Assembly (NCBI GenBank): GCA_965223155.1
Contig: CBDCVR010000013.1
Coordinates: 896,001-960,000 of the forward strand
DNA length: 64,000 nt
Direction of reading: 5' to 3'
Source: Candidatus Multivoradales bacterium
GTDB lineage: Bacteria; Acidobacteriota; Thermoanaerobaculia; Multivoradales; JAHEKO01
In this document: piece by piece, positions 38,978-49,431 of the stretch
Layout of the letters: each line of letters opens with the position of its first letter
Numbering within the stretch: the first letter of the stretch is position 1
Notes under the pieces: model-generated
What the model saw: the letters and a program-made list of their open reading frames with translations, nothing else
Database searches by the model: none
Told to the model about the DNA's origin: nothing
Made by a program: the position numbers and the translations under genes

Positions 38978-39159
38978 AGCTTGCATTGTAGCTTACGGAA
39001 AGTTCGGGGCCGGGTTTCCCGGCCGCTTTCCGACCCCGGAATCACCTGCCGAGCCAGCCGGCGCTGTGCTAGATTCGCCGCCGCCCGGCCGCCGCCGCCC
39101 GACCCAGAGGGACACCCTCTCAGGCAGGCGTCCAACCGGGTCCACCGCGGGAGCTTCCG

Positions 39160-40143
39160 ATGGAGATTTTCGACACCATCCTCGACACCCTGGGCAACAC
39201 GCCCCTGGTGCGCCTGGGGCGCTTCCATTCGGGTCCGGCGACCCTGGCGGCCAAGATCGAGTCGTTCAACCCCGGCTCGAGCGTCAAGGACCGCATCGGC
39301 ATCGCCATGATCGAGGCTGCCGAAAAGGCGGGAGAGCTCCAGCCCGGCCAGACCATCGTGGAGCCCACCTCGGGCAACACCGGGCTCGGCTTGGCCATCG
39401 CCGCCATCCTGCGCGGCTACAAGATGGTGTGTACCGCCGCCGACAAGATCCCGGCCGAGAAGGTCGCGCTGCTCAAGGCATACGGCGTCGAGGTCCTCAC
39501 CTGCCCCACCAACGTGGCGGCCGACGATCCCCGCTCGTACTACAAGACCGCCGAGCGGATTCGCGACGACGAAGGGGCCTTCCTGCCCTATCAGTACTAC
39601 AACCAGGCCAATCCCTGGGCGCACTACCACTCCACCGGTCCCGAGATCTGGCGGCAGACGGACGGCAAGATCACGCACTGGGTGGCCGGCGTCGGCACCG
39701 GCGGCACGATCAGCGGCACCGCCCGTTTTCTCAAGGAGCAGAACCCCGAGATCCGGGTCATCGGCGTCGATCCCATCGGTTCGGTCTACCAGTACTTCAA
39801 GACCCACGGTGAGCTGCCTCCCGAGGAAGACATCCATCAGTACCTCATCGACGGCATCGGCGAAGACCTGATGCCCGAGAGCGTCTGGATGGACACCATC
39901 GACGAGGTCGTCAAGGTGGACGACAAGTCGGCCTACGGCGCGGTCTTCGAGCTTGCTCAGACGGAAGCGATCTTCACCGGCTCGTCGGGTGCCGCCGCCG
40001 CCGTGGGAGCCCGCCGGGTGGCTCGCGAGCTGGGCGACGACGCCGTGGTCGTGACCCTGTTTCCAGACTCCGGCGAGCGCTATCTCTCGAAGCTCAACGA
40101 AGACTGGATGCGCGAACAGGGGCTACTGGACTCGGAAGAGTGA
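39160..40143 (+). CDS. PLP-dependent cysteine synthase / cystathionine beta-synthase family (no CBS domains)
   Basis: GNTPLV, NPGSSVKDRIG, EPTSGNTG, STGPEIWRQT, GVGTGGT, DGIGED, PDSGERYLSK. Confidence 0.95.
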   Translation: MEIFDTILDTLGNTPLVRLGRFHSGPATLAAKIESFNPGSSVKDRIGIAMIEAAEKAGELQPGQTIVEPTSGNTGLGLAIAAILRGYKMVCTAADKIPAEKVALLKAYGVEVLTCPTNVAADDPRSYYKTAERIRDDEGAFLPYQYYNQANPWAHYHSTGPEIWRQTDGKITHWVAGVGTGGTISGTARFLKEQNPEIRVIGVDPIGSVYQYFKTHGELPPEEDIHQYLIDGIGEDLMPESVWMDTIDEVVKVDDKSAYGAVFELAQTEAIFTGSSGAAAAVGARRVARELGDDAVVVTLFPDSGERYLSKLNEDWMREQGLLDSEE

Positions 40144-40177
40144 GCGCCGGGGAGCGCCGCCTCGAGTCGAGACTTCG

Positions 40178-42112
40178 ATGCTTCGATCCGGCCGCGCCCC
40201 AAGCCATCGTTTCGCCTGGGTACTCGCGGTCGCTGCCGGTCCCGCTCTCGCCGGGGGCCAGGTCCCTTCGGTGCCCGCCGGATACGTTCCCGACGCCGCG
40301 TGTCGAGCGTGCCACCGGGAGGTCTACGACGCGTACCAGCACGTCGGCATGGCCAAGTCCTTCTCCCGGCCCCGAACCGACCGCCTGATCGAGGACTTCT
40401 CCACCGGCTATTACCACAAGCCGTCCGAACGCCACTACCGGGTGGAACAACGGGACGACGAGCTCTACTTCATCCGCTTCCAGCTCGATCCGAACGGCGG
40501 CGAGATCAACCGTGTCGAGCTCCGCATCGACTGGATCCTGGGCTCCGGACACACCAGCCGGACCTACCTTTACCAGACCGACTCGGGCGAGCTCTACCAG
40601 CTACCGATCGCCTGGTATTCGCAGACTTCCCGCTGGGCGATGGCTCCGGGCTTCGAGGCGGCGGATCACCTGGGGCTCACCCGCCGCGTTCGCCGCGAAT
40701 GCATGTTCTGCCACAACGCCTACCCTGGACCCGTGGACGATGCCGACGGCGCCGCGGCCGGCGGCTACTGGTCGGGCAACCGCTATCCGACCAACCTGCC
40801 GGAGGGGACGGGATGTCAACGCTGTCACGGTCCTGGAGCCGACCACATCCGGCTCGGTGTTGCGGGCGTCGAAGCCTGGGAGATCCGCTCGGCGATCGTC
40901 AACCCGGCCCGGCTCGACCCGAAGCTGGCGGCCGACGTCTGCTACTCCTGCCACCTCCAGCCCTCGGTGGCCCTCGTCGGGATCCGGAGATTCAACCGGC
41001 CGGTCTACTCGTTCCGGCCCGGCGAGCCCCTGCACGACTATCTGGTCTCGGTGGACGTCGAAGAGCGCGATCGCGACAAGGCCGACCGGTTCGAGATCAA
41101 TCACCATCCCTACCGCCTCGGGCAGAGCGCCTGCTTCCTGCGGAGCGAGGGGCGCTTGGGCTGCACCACCTGCCACGATCCTCACCGCAAGGTGGCGCCG
41201 GCCGAGCGCATCGCCCACTACCGGGCCGCGTGCCAATCCTGCCACGAACCAGATGCCTGCGGGCTCGACCACGGTGCTGGCGGGCCGGAGGCGGCCGCTG
41301 CCGCCACGAGCCCGGACGACTGCACCGCCTGCCACATGCCCCGGCGGCGCACCCAGGACGTGATCGAGGTGGTGATGACCGACCACAAGATCCGCCGCCG
41401 GCCGGGCGGGCCGGAGCTGGTCGCGCCTATCGCCAAGCGCGAACCGGCCCTGGTCGGAGTGACTCTGCTGCATCCCAAGACCGCCCCGTCCGGAGCCCGG
41501 GGCGAGGTCTATCGGGCAGCGGCCACCGCCCGGGTCGCGCCGACCCGAGACGCCATCGAGCACCTGCGCCGCGAGCTGCCGAAGGCCGGAATCCAGAGCT
41601 CGATTCCCCATCTCGACCTCGCCGCGGCTCTGCTCAAGAGCCAGCGCTGGGCGGACGTTCCGGACGCGCTGGCGCCGGTGCTGTCGACCGAAGCCGACCA
41701 TCCGCTCGCACTCGAGTGGCTGGGCACGGCCCGGGTCCGAACCGGGGCCGTCGAGGAAGGAATCCAACTGCTGCGGCGGGCGCTGGCGGGGAATGCCGAG
41801 CGGCCCGAGACGCACTTCAACCTCGCCCTCTTCCTGTTGCAGCAAGAGCGCACGGCGGACGCGGAGGCTGAGCTCGAGCGGGCTCTCGAGTTGCGCCCCA
41901 ACCTCGCCGCCGCCTGGTATTACCTGGGACACATTCGCCACGGGCGGGGCGAGCTCGAAACCGCCGTCGACGCCTTCAAACAGGCCCTGGCGATCGACCC
42001 CAGCTTCGGGCGCGCCTACACCGGCATTGTGCGCTCGCTGACCGCGGCCGGCAGGTCCGGCGAGGCGGATCGGTACCTGGCCCACGGCCGGGCGGTGGCT
42101 AGGAGCCCATAG
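40178..42112 (+). CDS. Exported heptaheme c-type cytochrome with C-terminal TPR repeats
   Basis: Seven CxxCH motifs (CRACH, CMFCH, CQRCH, CYSCH, CTTCH, CQSCH, CTACH), TDHKI, TPR-like tail. Confidence 0.92.
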   Translation: MLRSGRAPSHRFAWVLAVAAGPALAGGQVPSVPAGYVPDAACRACHREVYDAYQHVGMAKSFSRPRTDRLIEDFSTGYYHKPSERHYRVEQRDDELYFIRFQLDPNGGEINRVELRIDWILGSGHTSRTYLYQTDSGELYQLPIAWYSQTSRWAMAPGFEAADHLGLTRRVRRECMFCHNAYPGPVDDADGAAAGGYWSGNRYPTNLPEGTGCQRCHGPGADHIRLGVAGVEAWEIRSAIVNPARLDPKLAADVCYSCHLQPSVALVGIRRFNRPVYSFRPGEPLHDYLVSVDVEERDRDKADRFEINHHPYRLGQSACFLRSEGRLGCTTCHDPHRKVAPAERIAHYRAACQSCHEPDACGLDHGAGGPEAAAAATSPDDCTACHMPRRRTQDVIEVVMTDHKIRRRPGGPELVAPIAKREPALVGVTLLHPKTAPSGARGEVYRAAATARVAPTRDAIEHLRRELPKAGIQSSIPHLDLAAALLKSQRWADVPDALAPVLSTEADHPLALEWLGTARVRTGAVEEGIQLLRRALAGNAERPETHFNLALFLLQQERTADAEAELERALELRPNLAAAWYYLGHIRHGRGELETAVDAFKQALAIDPSFGRAYTGIVRSLTAAGRSGEADRYLAHGRAVARSP

Positions 42113-42178
42113 TAGAGACCGGAGTTTGGTCACCGGCGGGGCCAACGGTTCCGGCTAGGAGCCTGGAAGAGTCCCTGG

Positions 42179-43123
42179 CTAGGCTCGCGTCGAGTTCCTC
42201 GGCGTGGCCGGCGCCGCCTCCAACACCCGAGCCGTGTGCCGGGCCCGCTCGATCCAGAAGGCACGGATACGAGACGGCCCGACACCAGCCACGAGCCGGT
42301 CGGCACTTCGCCGGGCCTCAGCCGCCAGCCAGTGGACGGTATCGGCCGGCGCTTGTCCCAGGAGGGCCCGCAGAGCGTAGCGGCGCTCGGCTTGCCGTGC
42401 CACGACGCCGAGGGCTCGAGCGCAGCGTTCGAGGTCCGAGCGCACCACCAGGAAGCCCGACCGGACCGGGGCCAGCAAGGCGTCGAGAAGATCGTCGAGA
42501 CTCTCCGCATCCTCGGGCAACGGCCTGTTGGCCCGCAGAGGAAGCGGCAGCTCGCCTCCGGCCGGCAGGGTCGCGAGCTCCGCTTCCAAGGCTCGCCCCA
42601 GCAGCCGACCCCAGTCTTCGTAGACGGGGGTGGCAAGCTCGTCCAGCTTGTCCAGGAAAGGCGGCAGCCAGCTCGCCAGGTGCTCCCAGAGGAGGGCTTG
42701 GCGCGCGCTCCGAATCTTCGCTCTGAGCCCCTCCCGAGGCCGTCCGTCGCCGGCGCCGTCCCGGTCCTCTCGATCGTCCCAGTTCTCGCGATCCTCGCGA
42801 TCGGGCCGGTCGGACTCGGCCTCGGCATCCAGCAGGGCGGCGTACTGGCCCAGCAGTACCGGCAAGTGATCGGGCTCGGGGACCGGCGTCTGACCGAGGG
42901 CGCGCCAGAAGCCGGCGACGCGATCCCGGGCCTCGCCGCCCAGCATCCCTTCTTCGCCCAGGTACACCGAGGCGTAGGGATAGAGCTGGAGTACGAAGAG
43001 CTCCGTGTAGCGCGCGGCGGACGGTTGCTCCAGGCCGAGCGCCTGGCAAACCGCGGCGTGCTCCGGAACCGGAGGCTCGGCCAGCACCGCCAAGGCGCGC
43101 AGCAGCTCGGCGCGGGCCGCCAT
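42179..43123 (-). CDS. TorD/DmsD-family redox enzyme maturation chaperone
   Basis: YTELF..QLYPYASVYL, PEPDHL, EHLASW; last gene of the molybdoenzyme operon. Confidence 0.9.
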   Translation of the reverse strand: MAARAELLRALAVLAEPPVPEHAAVCQALGLEQPSAARYTELFVLQLYPYASVYLGEEGMLGGEARDRVAGFWRALGQTPVPEPDHLPVLLGQYAALLDAEAESDRPDREDRENWDDREDRDGAGDGRPREGLRAKIRSARQALLWEHLASWLPPFLDKLDELATPVYEDWGRLLGRALEAELATLPAGGELPLPLRANRPLPEDAESLDDLLDALLAPVRSGFLVVRSDLERCARALGVVARQAERRYALRALLGQAPADTVHWLAAEARRSADRLVAGVGPSRIRAFWIERARHTARVLEAAPATPRNSTRA

Positions 43124-43170
43124 GCCGCGCGAGTCCAAGCCGGCGCCGTGGCCCAAGCTCAAAACAGGCC

Positions 43171-46137
43171 TCAGGGCAGGCGGAAGGCTTCCTTGACCGG
43201 CTTCACGGGACGCATGAGCCAGTGCGGCCGCCGGGTGCCGTCGGGCGAGTGGTCGGCGGCGGAGCGAGTCTTCGCGAGCCAGTCCTTGTAGACCTCGTGC
43301 GCTTTGTCGATGTCCGCCCAGATGTCGCCGTATGCGTCGTCGGGACCGGCCGGCCGCACGCGCACCGCCTGGTGCCAGCAGTGCGCGCCCGAGATGGGAT
43401 CGGGATGCACGGGAAAGGTCAGATTCTGGTGCACGCCGACGTCGCTCCACCAGATCCGGGAGGTGTCGGGATCGCTCGATGCGTAAGGCCGCGCGCCTCG
43501 CCGGCGCCGGATGCTCCAACCGTCCTCGCCGGAGTCCGAGCCCGCCGGCCGGTCGAGCGCCACGGTGGCCATCAGCTGGCCCTGGCCCTCGGCGGCGTGC
43601 TCCTGGAGCTTCCAGCGGCCCATGTGATGCGAGCAGGCCACCACGCCCGGCTTGATTCCTTCCGTGACCCACGCCTTGACCACGAAGTAGCCGATCTGGG
43701 TCTCGACCCGGACCAGATCGCCGGTCTCGACTCCGAGGGGCTCCGCCTGGGAGGGATGAATCCAGAGCGGGTTGGTGTGGGCGATCTCGTCCAGCCACTT
43801 GGCGTTGGCGCTCCGGGTGTGGATCTGCACAGGCAGGCGAAAGGTCGAGATCAGGGTCGACTGCCCCGGCTCCAGGACCGCCGGATGGACGTGACTCCGG
43901 ATGTAGGTGGGAACCGCGTATTCCTCCCAGCCCCACCGCGCCAGGGTCGAGGAGTAGAACTCCAGCCGTCCGGAGGGCGTCGGAAAACCGCGCAAGATCC
44001 GCTCTCCGACCCGTACCCCCACCGGCCGCCGGCCATCGGCGTCGGGCCCGGGCGCACCGGTGGGAGCCAGGTTCACCGGCGGCGGCGCGGCGGCCCGGGT
44101 ATAGACGCGGCCGAACTCGTCCTCGGCCGGATCCTCGAGCTGGTCGTCCGCGACGACCTCCTCGTAGAGCGGGCCGACGTCGGCCGCCACTTCGAACGCA
44201 CCGTAGCGGCGCATGTACTCGAGCGGCTCGAGTCCCTCGGCGGCGGCGGCCTCGGGCAGGCCCGGAACCGAGTTCTCGAAGATGTAGCCGTAGTACTCGT
44301 CGACCGTGAGCCGGTGCCCCGGTCTCCGCTGCGACTCGACAAAGGACCGAATCCCCAACTCGCCGTCGGGATCGATCCGCCAGGAGAGCTCGAGCCAGAA
44401 CTCGTTCTCCTCCCAGACCTCGCCCGGGTTGACCGCCCGGGTGTCGTCCACCGGCTCGCCCAGGCGCTCGCGCGCCGCCCGCAGCACCGGCTGCCGGAAG
44501 CCGATCCACTGGCCGTCGTGGGTCTCGTACGAGTGCAGGTCGTGGCGCTCCGAGGAGTGCCCCATGGGCAAGACGTAGTCCGCGAAGTAGGCGGTCTCGT
44601 TCCAGGTCGGGGTCAGGGCCACGTGCAGCCCGACCCGCTCCGGATCGGTCAGCATCTCGATCCAGGAAAACCCGTCCGGGTTGGTCCAGACCGGGTTGTA
44701 GACCCGGGAGAAATAGACGTCCAGCCGGCCGCGGCCCTCCTTGACGAGGTGCGGCAAGAGAAACGACACCTCGTTCATGATGAGGGGATATTCCACCGGC
44801 CAGGTCAGCTCGTTCCAGTGCTCGGGGTGGCGTGGCAGACGGATCGGCCGCGGCACGAACTTGTTCCAGGCGTTGGGATAGGTCCCGCCGGGGGTCGCGA
44901 CCGCGCCCAGAAGAGCGTTCAGGAAGAACAGGGTGCGCGACACCTGCCAGCCGCCCTCGTTGCCGGCGGCGGCACTGCGCCAGTTATGGGTCGAGAGGCG
45001 GGTGCCCGCGCCCGCGACGGTCACAGCGACCCGCCGGATCGTGTCGGCATCGACTCCGGTCTCGGCCGCCGCAAACTCGAAGGTAAAGGCCTCGTACTCG
45101 GCTTTCAGCATGCGCTCGAAGTTGGCGAACGTCGGGTCGAGGCCGGGATGGGCAGCCGCCAGGTACTCCCGCCAGTTGAACCAACGCTCGACAAAGCTCT
45201 TGTCGTAGAGGTCGTTCTGGATCAGGTGGTTGGCGATCGCCAGCAGCAGTGCGGCCTCCGAGCCGGGCTGGGTCGCCAGCCAGAAGTCGGCGTGGGTCGC
45301 GGTGTTCGACAACCGGGTGTCAACCACGATCAGCTTGGCGCCGCGTTGCTTGGCCTCGATGACACGCTGGGCGTGCGGGTTGAAGTAGTGCCCGGTCTCG
45401 AGGTGCGCGCTGACCAAGAGAATCACTTCGGCGCGGGCGTGGTCGGGACTGGGCCGATCGATGCCGGTCCAGAACTGGTAGCCCGCCCGGGCGCCGGAAG
45501 AACAGATGTTGGTGTGCGAGTTGTGGCCATCCACGCCCCAGGCCGCCAGCAGACGTTCGGCAAAGCCGTCCTCGCCGGGCCGGCCGACGTGGTACATGAC
45601 CTCGCCCTGGCGCTCTTCCCGGATGGCCGTCGCGATCCTGGCGGCGATGTCTTCGAGGGCCTCGTCCCAGGAGACCTGCGTCCAGCGTCCCTGCCCCCGC
45701 TCGCCCGCGCGCTTCAGGGGCTGGAGGATGCGGTCGGGGTCGGTGATCTGGTTGTGCGTCGCCGGACCCTTGGCGCAATTCCTGCCACGCGAGCCTGGAT
45801 GCTCCGGGTTGCCCTCGAACTTCCGCACCTCCAGGGAATCCCGGTCCACATAGGCCAGGAGCCCGCAGGCGGACTCACAGTTGAAACAGGTGGTGGGCAC
45901 CAGCATGTAGTGCTTCTCCACCCGCCGGGGCCAGGACTTTGCGTCCAGCTCGACCCAGTCGTCCCAACGTTCCTTGGGAGGAAACGAAGCCAGATGCACG
46001 CGGCTGGCCCCCGGATAGAAGGTCTCGCCTCGGGCCTCGGTGTCTCGCCGGGCGGCGCTCACCCTGCGGCCGAGGGCCTCGAGGCCGGCGTCGGGCCGGG
46101 CTCCGGCGGTATCGGCGCGCCCGTCGTTGCCACTCAT
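43171..46137 (-). CDS. Molybdopterin (DMSO reductase family) oxidoreductase catalytic subunit, no Tat signal
   Basis: TTCFNCESACG...NCAKG [4Fe-4S], SWDEAL, NSHTNICSS, ETAYFADYVLP, FPTPSGRLEF, HTRS. ATG overlaps the upstream stop. Confidence 0.95.
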   Translation of the reverse strand: MSGNDGRADTAGARPDAGLEALGRRVSAARRDTEARGETFYPGASRVHLASFPPKERWDDWVELDAKSWPRRVEKHYMLVPTTCFNCESACGLLAYVDRDSLEVRKFEGNPEHPGSRGRNCAKGPATHNQITDPDRILQPLKRAGERGQGRWTQVSWDEALEDIAARIATAIREERQGEVMYHVGRPGEDGFAERLLAAWGVDGHNSHTNICSSGARAGYQFWTGIDRPSPDHARAEVILLVSAHLETGHYFNPHAQRVIEAKQRGAKLIVVDTRLSNTATHADFWLATQPGSEAALLLAIANHLIQNDLYDKSFVERWFNWREYLAAAHPGLDPTFANFERMLKAEYEAFTFEFAAAETGVDADTIRRVAVTVAGAGTRLSTHNWRSAAAGNEGGWQVSRTLFFLNALLGAVATPGGTYPNAWNKFVPRPIRLPRHPEHWNELTWPVEYPLIMNEVSFLLPHLVKEGRGRLDVYFSRVYNPVWTNPDGFSWIEMLTDPERVGLHVALTPTWNETAYFADYVLPMGHSSERHDLHSYETHDGQWIGFRQPVLRAARERLGEPVDDTRAVNPGEVWEENEFWLELSWRIDPDGELGIRSFVESQRRPGHRLTVDEYYGYIFENSVPGLPEAAAAEGLEPLEYMRRYGAFEVAADVGPLYEEVVADDQLEDPAEDEFGRVYTRAAAPPPVNLAPTGAPGPDADGRRPVGVRVGERILRGFPTPSGRLEFYSSTLARWGWEEYAVPTYIRSHVHPAVLEPGQSTLISTFRLPVQIHTRSANAKWLDEIAHTNPLWIHPSQAEPLGVETGDLVRVETQIGYFVVKAWVTEGIKPGVVACSHHMGRWKLQEHAAEGQGQLMATVALDRPAGSDSGEDGWSIRRRRGARPYASSDPDTSRIWWSDVGVHQNLTFPVHPDPISGAHCWHQAVRVRPAGPDDAYGDIWADIDKAHEVYKDWLAKTRSAADHSPDGTRRPHWLMRPVKPVKEAFRLP

Positions 46138-47774
46138 GCCAGAGGCACCGCCTGGCCCGCTTGCACGTAGGCGTGCTCGTAGGCGAGAAGTCCGGCGAGC
46201 GCCGCCAAGGCGGCCAGCGACAGCAAGCCCGCCGAGCCGGCCGGGGGCAGCGTGCCCAGCACGCCCAGCATGCTGGGCCAGGGGGCCGCCGCGGCCAGCG
46301 CGACCAGGACGAGACTCGCCCGGAACCAGGCCCTGAAGCGGCCCGAGGTCATCTCCCAGGACGCCAGCCGGGCGTGGGCGGTCGCGTGCGGCAGAGTCAC
46401 CTCGCCCAAGACCAGGAGCAAATGAACCGCCGCACCGATGCCCACGATGCGGGTCAGACCCAGAACCGCGCTCGGCTCGACGACAAAGGCCAGCGGCAGC
46501 AGCGCGGCCCCGCCGGCTAGCAGCGACTGCACCAGCAGATGGGGCGGCAGAAGCGGGCTCTGCCAGAGGTCGCGCGCCTTGGACTGGGCGAAGAGGTAGG
46601 CGGTGTAGACCGCGGTGAGCACGGCCAGCGGCACGCCCACGACCGCGATCCATCCCTGCGGGCCGGCACGGCCGGCGAGACCAGCCAGCAAATGGAGACC
46701 AAGAACCACGGAGTAGCCGGCAATCGCGAACGCTCCCCGTACCAGCCAACTCCGCCAGTGGGGACGGGTGAAGATGAGATAGAAGCGCGCGGGCTTGTCC
46801 AGATCCCAGATCAGGAGGAGCCCGGTAAGCGCCAGAAACACCGCGCCCACGATCGGCGCCGCCCAGACCCAGAGCGCGCTGTGAGCCGGGATGGCGCCGC
46901 TCGCCACGAGCAGGAGCGCCGCCAGATAGGCGCCGGCGGCAACGCCCTTGGTCAAGGTGTAGAGACTGACCCGCCAATCCCAGGGGGCCTTGTGCGGAAC
47001 GTCGTAGGCCAGGACCGCGGCCGCGGACGAGTTGCCCGCCAGGCCGCGGCCGTCAGGGCTCCCTGGCGCATCGGCCGGAGAACCCGACACCACCCGGCCG
47101 GCTCCGGTCGTCTGCTCGCTCCACAGGAACATCTCGCCGGCCGGCCGTTCGGCCGCCAGCGGATCCAGGGTCGCCTGGTGCGCGCCCCGGTAGAACAGCT
47201 TGGGATGGGTCTCCTTCTCCGGCCGGCGCACGCTGACCGGCTCGCGATAGACGGTCTGCGCCACCCGGGAGTCGCGGTCGTTCAGGTCCCCGACCGCGAT
47301 CGCCTCGGTCGGACAGACGACCACGCACGCCGGCTCCAGGCCGACGTCGATCCGGTGCGCGCAGAAGTTGCACTTCTCGGCAGTGTGATCCTCGGGATTG
47401 ATGAAGATGGCGTCGTAGGGACAGGCGGCGATGCAGGCCTTGCAGCCAATGCAGACGTCCTTGTCGAAGTCCACGATGCCGTCGGGCCGGGCGTACATGG
47501 CCGTCGTCGGACAGGCATGGGTACAGGGAGCGTCCGCGCACTGGTTGCAACGCGTGACCTGAAACGACCGCCGCACTTGCGGAAAGAGGCCCACGTCCAC
47601 GTACTTGACGTAGGTCCGGTGGACGCCGAGCGGAACCTCGTTTTCCGACTTGCAGGCGGTCGAGCACGCGTGGCAGCCGATGCAGCTCTCGTGATCGACG
47701 ACCTTGGCCCAGCGGGCGGCGGCCGCTCCTCCGCTCTCGTCCGACACGGCCGCACGATCGAGCGTCGACGCCAC
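46134..47774 (-). CDS. Fused 4x[4Fe-4S] ferredoxin (PsrB/NrfC-like) and NrfD/PsrC membrane anchor
   Basis: CIGCHACSTAC, CNQC..PC..ACP, CIGCKACIAACP, KCNFC..PAC..CP; followed by an NrfD TM domain (DLDKPARF, SWLVRG, YTAYLF). Confidence 0.93.
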   Translation of the reverse strand: MASTLDRAAVSDESGGAAAARWAKVVDHESCIGCHACSTACKSENEVPLGVHRTYVKYVDVGLFPQVRRSFQVTRCNQCADAPCTHACPTTAMYARPDGIVDFDKDVCIGCKACIAACPYDAIFINPEDHTAEKCNFCAHRIDVGLEPACVVVCPTEAIAVGDLNDRDSRVAQTVYREPVSVRRPEKETHPKLFYRGAHQATLDPLAAERPAGEMFLWSEQTTGAGRVVSGSPADAPGSPDGRGLAGNSSAAAVLAYDVPHKAPWDWRVSLYTLTKGVAAGAYLAALLLVASGAIPAHSALWVWAAPIVGAVFLALTGLLLIWDLDKPARFYLIFTRPHWRSWLVRGAFAIAGYSVVLGLHLLAGLAGRAGPQGWIAVVGVPLAVLTAVYTAYLFAQSKARDLWQSPLLPPHLLVQSLLAGGAALLPLAFVVEPSAVLGLTRIVGIGAAVHLLLVLGEVTLPHATAHARLASWEMTSGRFRAWFRASLVLVALAAAAPWPSMLGVLGTLPPAGSAGLLSLAALAALAGLLAYEHAYVQAGQAVPLA

Positions 47775-47794
47775 CGGCTAGCCCGATCTTCCGC

Positions 47795-48211
47795 TCAATG
47801 GGGCAGCCGGGAGCGCAGCGCTCCATACGTCCAGGTGCCCAGCATGGCCGCTGCCAGCACCGCCAGCATCACCCAGATTCCGTGGCCGAGAAGAGCGAAG
47901 ATGGGGCCCGGACAGGCGCCGATCAGCCCCCAGCCCAGGCCGAAGCAGCATCCGCCGATCCAGTACCGATGGCCTTTGTCCAACACCTTGGCGGGAATGT
48001 GGATGGGTTCGCCGCCCAACGCCCTGAGCTCCAACCGCCGCACGACCTGGATGCCGAGCAAAGCCACGGCGACTCCGGTTCCCAGAACCCCGTACATGTG
48101 AAAGCTCTCGAACCGAAACATCTCTTGAATGCGAAACCAGGAAATGATCTGGGACTGGGTGGCGACCACCCCGAAGTAGATCCCGGCCAGGAAGTACGGA
48201 ACGAGCCTCAC
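47795..48211 (-). CDS. YeeE/YedE-family sulfur-compound transporter half (DUF6691/PmpA-like)
   Basis: SWFRIQEMFRFESFHMYG, FGLGWGLIGACPGP. Confidence 0.92.
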   Translation of the reverse strand: MRLVPYFLAGIYFGVVATQSQIISWFRIQEMFRFESFHMYGVLGTGVAVALLGIQVVRRLELRALGGEPIHIPAKVLDKGHRYWIGGCCFGLGWGLIGACPGPIFALLGHGIWVMLAVLAAAMLGTWTYGALRSRLPH

Positions 48212-48780
48212 CCCAGCATCCTCAGAAGAATCGGCAGGATCAAGCGACTCGAGACCAGGCCGCCGGCGAAAAACCCCAGCACCGCCAGGAGCGAGCCCAC
48301 CTGGAGGTTGGCGAGTCCCGAGATGGCATGGCCCGAGGTACAGCCGCCCGCGTAGCGCGCGCCGAAGCCGACGAGGAAGGCCCCGCCAACGACGATGAGA
48401 AAGCCCGGCAGGGTCGCCAGAGCGGGCCAGGTAAAGAGCTCGGCCGGCACCGGTCCGGACAGATCGCTGAGGCCGTGCTCGGTGACGAAGCTAGCCGTCG
48501 CCGGGGCGATCTCTACCTGGTGCGATCCTCCCAGCCAGGTGGCCGCCAGCCAGCCGCCGGCAATGATGCCCGCGGCGAAGACCAGGTTCCACAGGCCCGT
48601 GCCCAGCCAGTCATACCGGAAGAACTCCTGGCGGGTCGGTAGCAGCGCCGCGCACAAGTGGCGCATATTGCTGGAGATGCCGAACATCTTGCCGCCCACG
48701 AGCAGCAGCAGCGGCACCGTCAACCCGACGAGGGGGCCGGCGACATACCAGGGCCAGGGCTGCGCGAGAGTCTCCAACAC
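48208..48780 (-). CDS. YeeE/YedE-family sulfur-compound transporter half (PmpB-like)
   Basis: [33 protein letters not shown]. Confidence 0.93.
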   Translation of the reverse strand: MLETLAQPWPWYVAGPLVGLTVPLLLLVGGKMFGISSNMRHLCAALLPTRQEFFRYDWLGTGLWNLVFAAGIIAGGWLAATWLGGSHQVEIAPATASFVTEHGLSDLSGPVPAELFTWPALATLPGFLIVVGGAFLVGFGARYAGGCTSGHAISGLANLQVGSLLAVLGFFAGGLVSSRLILPILLRMLG

Positions 48781-48864
48781 GTCCGTACCAGGGTGCCCGA
48801 AAGGTATCCGGTCTCCCGATCGACTGCAAGAGCCAGCGACCTCACCAACCCTCGTGCCTCGGGA

Positions 48865-49392
48865 TCAGCCATAGGTCCTTCCTCGATGCCGGATCCAGCC
48901 GTCCTGATGCCGGCCCTGGGGATCGTGGTGGGTCCAGTGAATCACGCCCCCGCGCTGGTTCCACTCGTACTCTCCCCGCACCTCGACTGAATCGCCGCGG
49001 CGCAAGGGCACCCGGTCGGCCAAGTCGATGTTGTGGGCAACGAGCACGGTGTGCCCACCGGCCAGCTCGAGGATAAAACGCTGATGGCGCGATCCCTTGA
49101 GGTCGTCGGCGAGCACACGGCTCACCTTCCCCGGCACGGTGACCAGGACATCGGACCGCCGCTCGGCAAAGGCTCGCTCGATGAGGCTCTCGGAGCTCGA
49201 ACCCCGACCGTCGGCGGATGGAACCGGGGCCGGAACCGAGGACGGCTCAGTCCCCCGCTCGACCGGAGCCGGAGACCCCGAGGAGCCCAGCCAACCGCCG
49301 ACTCGCTGGAGCACTTGCACGCCGAAGAAGACCGCGAGCACCAGAGCCATGGCCAGCACCCGGCGGGAAACGAACGGAGCGGGCAATCTCAT
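48865..49392 (-). CDS. DUF3465 domain protein
   Basis: [45 protein letters not shown]. Confidence 0.9.
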   Translation of the reverse strand: MRLPAPFVSRRVLAMALVLAVFFGVQVLQRVGGWLGSSGSPAPVERGTEPSSVPAPVPSADGRGSSSESLIERAFAERRSDVLVTVPGKVSRVLADDLKGSRHQRFILELAGGHTVLVAHNIDLADRVPLRRGDSVEVRGEYEWNQRGGVIHWTHHDPQGRHQDGWIRHRGRTYG

Positions 49393-49431
49393 CGCGTCTT
49401 CATCCTTCGAGGCCTCCGGCGGGGCGCTTGG

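Noticed and set aside
42740-42810. DREDRENWDDREDRD repeat inside the TorD-like gene
   Set aside because: An in-frame low-complexity loop insertion, not a CRISPR array or mobile repeat.
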